DNA of 64,000 nucleotides from Desulfarculia bacterium (GTDB lineage Bacteria; Desulfobacterota; Desulfarculia; G963662305): NCBI GenBank assembly GCA_963662305.1, contig OY759352.1, positions 2,013,620 to 2,077,619 of the forward strand, read 5' to 3'. Shown piece by piece: positions 58,575 to 64,000 of this stretch (position 1 is its first letter; each line of letters starts with the position of its first letter). The notes under the pieces were generated by a model. It saw only the letters and a program-made list of their open reading frames with translations, ran no database searches and was not told where the DNA came from. The position numbers and the translations under genes were made by a program.

Positions 58575-61500
58575 CTATACATGGCCCACAGCCGCGTCCA
58601 GCACAGGCTCCTCCTCTTCCTCGGGCGCGGCCAGGGCGTCGATCTGGCTGAAGACCTCCTGGTCGGTGAAATGCTTCAGATAGATGGCCCCGGTGGGGCA
58701 CTTGGAGTTGCAAAGTCCGTCGCCCTTGCACAACACCGGGTTGACCACCGCCTTTTTGCCCTGTTTGGTGGTCCGCAGTTCAATGGCGTTGTAGGAACAG
58801 ACCTCCATGCAGGCCCCGCAGCCCATGCATTTTTTCTCGTCCACCTCGCAGATTGAGCCCGAGACCGTGACGATGTCGCGGGAGAGCAGGGTCATGGCCC
58901 GGCCCGCCGCGCCGTAGGCCTGGTTGATGGTTTCCGGGATGTGCTTGGGGTAATGGGCCGTGCCGCAGAGGTAAACGCCTTCCGTGGCGAACTCCACGGG
59001 CCGCAGTTTGACATGGGCCTCCTTAAAGAAATTGTCCGGTCCCAGGGTGACCTTGAACTGCTGGGAGAGCTCCTGGCAGTCCTCCCGGGGCACCACGGCC
59101 GCGGCCAGGGAGATGAAGTCGGCGTCGATGGCCAGTTCCTGGCCCAGGATGGGGTCGCTGATGCCCACCCGCAGCACGGGCCGGCCTCCCTCTTCCGCGG
59201 CCTCGACCCGGGGCGGATCCTCGGGCTCGTAGCGGATGAACTTCACGTCCTGGTTGGAGGCCTCCCGGTAACGGTCCTCCATGAAGCCGTAGGTCCTGAT
59301 GTCCCGGAACAGGATGTAGATGTCCATCTCCGGGTTCAGTTCCTTGAGCTTCAGGGCGTTTTTGATGGACTCTCCGCAGCAGATCCGGCTGCAATAGTTG
59401 CGGTCCTCATTGCGGCAGCCCACGCACTGGATCATGACCAGGGCCTGGGCCCCGGCGATCTTTTCGTCGCTGGCCACGATCCGCTCCTCCAGCTCCAGCT
59501 GAGTCAACACCCGCTCGTCCTGGCCGTAGAGGTATTCGGAGGGCTGGTACACGTCCACGCCCACGGCGATGATGGCCGCTCCGTGCCTGATCTCGCCGGG
59601 GCCCCGCTCGGAGCGGATCCGGGTCACGAAATTGCCCACATACCCGGTGGCCTCCACGATCTCGGCCTTGGCGTAGACCCGCACCAGGGGATGGCGGTAA
59701 ATCTTGCGGATCAGGCCGTCCACAAAGCCCTGCACGTCCATGTTGTCCAGGGTGTAGTGGATCTTGCGGGCCAGCCCGCCCAGCTCATCCGATTTTTCCA
59801 GGAGGTGGACCTCGTGTCCCTGCTCTGCCAGGGACAGGGCCGCGGTCATGCCGGCGATGCCGCCGCCCACCACCAGGGCCGCCTTGTGCACCGGCAGGTC
59901 GATCTCCTGCAAGGACTCCAGGTGGCAGGCCCGGGCCACGGACATGCGGGTGATGTCCTGAGCCTTTCTGGTGGCCTCCTCCTTTTCCTTGGAGTGGCAC
60001 CAGGAGCAGTGCTCCCGGATGTTGGCCATGTCGTAGTAGTACTGGTTGAGCCCCGCCTCGCGGAGAGTGTCCCGGAACAGGGGCTCCAGGGTCCGGGGGG
60101 AGCAGGCCGCCACCACCACCCGGTTCAGGTTCTTCTCCTGGATCATGTCCGTGATCTCCTTGGCCGAGTTGGTGGCGCAGGAGAAGAGCTGTTCCTGGGC
60201 GTAGACCACGTGGGGCAGGGTCTTGGCGTACTCCACCGTGGCGGGCACGTCCACGATCCGGCCGATGTTGGCCCCGCAGTGGCAGACGAACACCCCGATC
60301 CGGGGCTCCTCCTGGGAGACGTCCTTTTCCTCTGGGTAGATTCGCTCCCGGGTCAGGTCGCCCCTCCGGTAGTCCAGCAGCTCGCCGCACTGGGTCCCGG
60401 CTCCGCTGGCCGTGAAGACCGATTCGGGAATGTCCATGGGCCCCTGGAAGGCCCCGCTGACAAAAACACCGGGTTTGGTGGTGGCGATGGGATTGGCCGG
60501 ACCGGTTTTGCAGAATCCGTGCTCGTTCAGCTCGATGCCGAACATCTCCGCCATCCTCAGGTGATCCTGGGGCGGATTGAGCCCCACGGAGAGGACCACC
60601 ATCTCGAACTCTTCGGTTTTTACTCCCTGGCCGGCCGTGGCGTATTTTACGATCACGTCCTTGGTCTCTGGATTTTCCCCGGCAATGGAGACGTAGCTCC
60701 TGATAAACCTTATTCCGGGCAGCTCCTGGGTTCTCTGGTAGTACCGCTCGAAGTCCTTGCCGTAGGCCCGTACGTCGTTGTGGAAGATGACGCACTCGGC
60801 CTCGGCGTCGTGGTCTTTGGCCAGGATCACCTGTTTCTGGGTGTAGGTGCAGCACACGGCCGAGCAGTAGCTGTTGTCGCCGGGGGTGACCCGCCTGGAG
60901 CCCACGCACTGGATCCAGGCGATCTTGTGGGGGTGCTTCTTGTTCGAGGCCCGCAGGATCTCGCCCTCGTAGGGCCCGGTGGCGCACAGCAGCCGCTCGA
61001 AGTCCATGCTGGTGACCACGTTCTGGTACTTGCCGTAGCCGTAGTCGCCCGTGACCCTGGGATCGAAGACGTCGTAACCGGGAGACAGAACAATGGCCCC
61101 TACTTGTATTTCCATCTTCTCCGCCTTCTGGCGGAAGTCGATGGCTTTGTTCTGGCAGACCGTTTCACAGATGCGGCACTTTTTTTCCTTGAGATAAATG
61201 CAGCTCTCGTCGATGTAGGCGATGAGGGGGATGGCCTGGGCAAAGTAGATGTGGACGGCCTTGTTGTCGGATATCTCCTGGTTGAACCGGTCCGGGTACT
61301 GCACCGGGCAGTACTCCACGCAGGTGGTGCAGCCGGTGCACTTGTCCTCGATGATGTACCGGGGCTTCCGGGTCAGGGTCACCCTGAAATCGCCCGCCTC
61401 TCCCTCCACACCCGAGACTTCGGTGTAGGAGAGGACCTCTATGTTGGGATGCCGGCCGACCTCGACCAGCTTGGGCGAGAGAATTCACATGGAGCAGTCA

Positions 61501-61709
61501 TTGGTGGGATAGGTCTTATCCAACTGGGCCATGTGCCCACCAATGGCGGGTGATTTCTCCACCAGATAAACTTTGTACCCGGCCGTGGCCAGATCCAGGG
61601 AGGCCTGAATGCCGCTGATCCCGCCGCCAACAACCATCACATCTCCGAAATTCCTGGCTTTGCCGTTCCCGGACGGTTGCTGAATCACTTCACTTGGCAT
61701 CTGTCTCAT
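58575..61709 (-). CDS. hdrA: Heterodisulfide reductase subunit A-like flavoprotein (large HdrA/HdrL-type), selenoprotein with in-frame UGA at 61485-61487
   Basis: ORFs 61485-61760 and 58575-61409 are in the same frame; joined sequence ...[18 protein letters not shown]...[29 protein letters not shown]... places Sec at the conserved Cys of the HdrA CSMC motif; second FAD Rossmann ([15 protein letters not shown]), several Cys clusters. Confidence 0.8.
61451..61470 (-). promoter_or_regulatory. Candidate SECIS-like hairpin 14 nt downstream of the HdrA UGA
   Basis: Minus-strand RNA GCUGGUCG-AGGU-CGGCCGGC forms an 8-bp stem with a GU-containing apical loop at the distance expected for bacterial SECIS; not validated by a covariance model. 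Confidence 0.4.
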
Positions 61710-61975
61710 TCCCCTTTTTGTTAGAAGCCATCTCAAGAATGTTCTCAGGCCCAATATCATCGTCAGGACCGAGAAGCCAATCCTCGAAATATGTACGAAT
61801 ATTCCTGCGGTTGTCTTTTCGATCCTTCCTTGATCTTGTACCTGATTCCTATTTTTGAGATAGCTTCTATCCAGCTTGTTCAGTGCGTGTTTTCAAGGGT
61901 TGCTTGTTTGCTTTCTCTATTTGCTTGTTTTTCAAAGGAAAAAAATCTTTTGGTCTGCCGTCCCGGCCCGCGGGC

Positions 61976-63256
61976 CTATATCACCTCCGCCACAATCTCG
62001 GTGACGTCCCTGATCTGGATGTCGTCCACCACGTCCAGGGTCAGCTTGCTGTCCTCGAAGTTGGAGATGCAGTAGGGACAGGCCGTGGCCAGGACCGTGG
62101 CCTCCCGCTCCAGGGCCTGCTCCACCCTGATGTCGCAGAACCTTTCGCCCTTGGGCGTCTCCATCCAGATCCGGCCGCCGCCCCCGCCGCAACAGAGGCT
62201 GTCCCACCGGGAGTCGACCATCTCCACCAGCTCCAGACCGGGGACTCGGCGCAGCACCTCCCGGGGCTCGTCGTAGACCCCGTTGTGCCGGCCCAGGTAG
62301 CAGGGATCGTGATAGGTGACTCTTTTTTCATATTCGCCCGTTAGCTCCAGCCGGCCCTCCCGGAGCAGCTCGGCCAAAAACTGGGTCATGTGCACGATCT
62401 CGAAATCCACCCGGAACTCGGGATATTCGTTCTTGAAGGTGTGATAGCAGTGGGGCGAGGAGACCAGGATCTTTTTGACCCCGTGGTCGATCCAGGTCTT
62501 GATGTTCTCCTTGGCCAGCTTTTTGAACAGCTCCTCGTCCCCGGTCTTGCGGATGGATTCGCCGCAGCAGTTCTCCTCGGTTCCCAGGATCCCGAAATCC
62601 ACCCCGGCCGCATTCAGGATCTTGGCCGTGGCCCGGCCCACCTTTTTCAGCCGGGGATCGTAGCTCAGATAGCAGCCCGGGAAATAAAGGAGTTCCATCT
62701 CCTCGTTGAAGGTCTTGACCGGGAGCCCCTCGGCCCATTTGGCCCGGTTCTGGCGTTCCTCGTTAAGGGGGTTGCCCTGGCCGGTCAGGCTGGCGGCGAT
62801 GCCCCGGATGGGTTTGACCGAGGAGGGGAAAACCCCGTATTCGGTGGCGATGCGGCGCAGGGCTACCCCGGACTCGATCTGCTTGACGTCCCGTGGGCAT
62901 TTCTGGGGGCACCTGCCGCAGGTGGTGCACAGCCACATCTCCTCGCTTTCGATCTCGGTCATGCCGAAAGCGGCCTGGCGGACCAGCTTGCGCATACTGA
63001 AATCCCGGACCCTGTTCCAGGGACAGACCGTGTCGCACAGGCCGCATTGAAAGCAGGACTTGAAGGCGTCGCCGCCGCTCATCTTGATGACGTCGATGAT
63101 CTCTTTGTAGTCGGCTACATTCTCCACTTTCCGCCCCGATCCTGTTTTCCCGTCTTTGGTCAGCCGGTTCAGTTTTTGAGGTCCCCAGTCGCTGTCAAAA
63201 AAGATTGGATCTTTTGGTTTCGGTTGTTTTTCGAGGAAAAATTTCTCCGGCATCAC
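61976..63256 (-). CDS. HdrD-like iron-sulfur oxidoreductase (2x[4Fe-4S] ferredoxin domain + two CCG cysteine-rich domains)
   Basis: CFQCGLCDTVCPW and CTTCGRCPQKCP clusters; CCG motifs (NCCGES, LCCGGGGG). Confidence 0.8.
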   Translation of the reverse strand: MMPEKFFLEKQPKPKDPIFFDSDWGPQKLNRLTKDGKTGSGRKVENVADYKEIIDVIKMSGGDAFKSCFQCGLCDTVCPWNRVRDFSMRKLVRQAAFGMTEIESEEMWLCTTCGRCPQKCPRDVKQIESGVALRRIATEYGVFPSSVKPIRGIAASLTGQGNPLNEERQNRAKWAEGLPVKTFNEEMELLYFPGCYLSYDPRLKKVGRATAKILNAAGVDFGILGTEENCCGESIRKTGDEELFKKLAKENIKTWIDHGVKKILVSSPHCYHTFKNEYPEFRVDFEIVHMTQFLAELLREGRLELTGEYEKRVTYHDPCYLGRHNGVYDEPREVLRRVPGLELVEMVDSRWDSLCCGGGGGRIWMETPKGERFCDIRVEQALEREATVLATACPYCISNFEDSKLTLDVVDDIQIRDVTEIVAEVI

Positions 63257-63348
63257 TGAGAGCGATCAGGGAGATGAAATTCCCATGCTCCGGCCGGCCG
63301 CCCAAGGTGGTTTTAATTTTTTCCTTGAAAAACAACTCCTTTCAGCTT

Positions 63349-63424
63349 CGGCCTTTTTGCCCCCCGGTCAAGGCTGAAACCCTATGGGCGCGGACGCGGC
63401 CTTGACAGGGGGGCAAAAAGGCCG
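63349..63424. repeat. Long imperfect inverted repeat (two ~26-nt arms, 24-nt spacer) in the intergenic region between the ferredoxin and HdrD-like genes
   Basis: CGGCCTTTTTGCCCCCCGGTCAAGGC (63349-63374) versus GCCTTGACAGGGGGGCAAAAAGGCCG (63399-63424); reverse complements differ at one position. Confidence 0.6.
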
Positions 63425-63455
63425 TATCCGTCCGCGTTTCAAAATTGAAGCGGCC

Positions 63456-64000
63456 CTAGTCCTTGTTTCGGACCGACAGCCGGGCCACGGCGTCTTTTAT
63501 CTTGTCCAGGCCGTACTTGTCGGCCAGGGCCTCCAGCCCCACTTCCATTTCCTCCTGGGCTTCCTCCTCTTCCTCCACGATCTCCTCCTCCCGCTCCTCG
63601 TAGATCAGGGCGTCCACCAGACACCACTTGACGCACAGGGGCTCGTCCTCGCCCTCGCACATGTCGCACTTGAGGGGCAGGCCGGAATCGGGTTCCTTAA
63701 AGATATCCCGGGAGGGGCAGGAGGCCCGGCAAAAGGCGCACTCCTCGTATTCCTTGCCGTCGATGATGTATTTGTCCCGGCCCATGCACTCCGAGGGGGT
63801 GTACTCGCCCGCGTACACGGGAACGTAGATGTCCCGAAGCGGCTCGCGGATCACCCGGATGCGGGAGCGGGCCGGGTTGTTGGCGCTGTACTTGGGCGCG
63901 GCGTGATAGGCCGAGCAGATCATCTCGCAGGCCCGGCAGCCGTTGCACTTGTCGGCGTCTACCTTTATGGTCTTGATGATTCTTGTTTTTTTCTCCGCCT
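63456..64000 (-). CDS. 4Fe-4S ferredoxin-domain protein with acidic C-terminal tail; partial, N-terminus beyond window end
   Basis: Frame is open from 64000 (translation ...IKVDADKCNGCRACEMICSAYH...CAFCRASCP...CDMCEGEDEPLCVKWC...EEREEEIVEEEEE); ORF track lists only the part from the first internal ATG (63923). Confidence 0.6.
   Translation of the reverse strand, partial: AEKKTRIIKTIKVDADKCNGCRACEMICSAYHAAPKYSANNPARSRIRVIREPLRDIYVPVYAGEYTPSECMGRDKYIIDGKEYEECAFCRASCPSRDIFKEPDSGLPLKCDMCEGEDEPLCVKWCLVDALIYEEREEEIVEEEEEAQEEMEVGLEALADKYGLDKIKDAVARLSVRNKD

Noticed and set aside
1-64000. CRISPR arrays, rRNA genes, IS elements or transposases, prophage structural genes
   Set aside because: No regularly spaced direct repeats, no rRNA-like conserved stretches, no transposase-like ORFs and no phage capsid/tail/terminase-like genes were seen; the integrase-associated island carries only the six-gene cargo module.

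Overview
GC-rich bacterial chromosomal window, almost certainly from an anaerobe: it carries Sec-containing HdrA/MvhD-type genes, sigma-54 regulators and a corrinoid-uptake cluster, which fits a sulfate-reducer-like Desulfobacterota genome, though taxon cannot be confirmed from sequence alone. All calls are from manual reading of the sequence and ORF track; no searches were run. Four blocks: (1) 1-700, a partial secreted thermonuclease gene. (2) ~700-10370, a strongly AT-rich, horizontally acquired island flanked by a tyrosine integrase and a tRNA-Pro-like 3' fragment. It carries a co-directional six-gene module (radical SAM, large P-loop NTPase with HEAT repeats, TehB-like methyltransferase, small membrane protein, xylose-isomerase/EndoIV-fold TIM barrel, hypothetical protein) that matches no system I can name and is the best candidate for an undescribed defence or modification system. 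(3) 10891-41470, a ~30 kb minus-strand array behind a cobalamin riboswitch: two TonB-dependent receptors, two FecCD-type ABC importers, an ABC-2 exporter, two CobN paralogs with ChlI and ChlD, an embedded radical SAM/SPASM enzyme, GDPD, C-N hydrolase, CcsA/ResB-like membrane proteins and a CbiZ-like gene. One binding-protein gene has an in-frame TGA. (4) 41925-64000, two-component and sigma-54 regulators, transporters, a GNAT-like/HDAC fusion, and an Hdr-type cluster in which HdrA and the MvhD-ferredoxin each contain an in-frame UGA at a conserved Cys position (selenocysteine). No CRISPR array, rRNA or IS element was seen.
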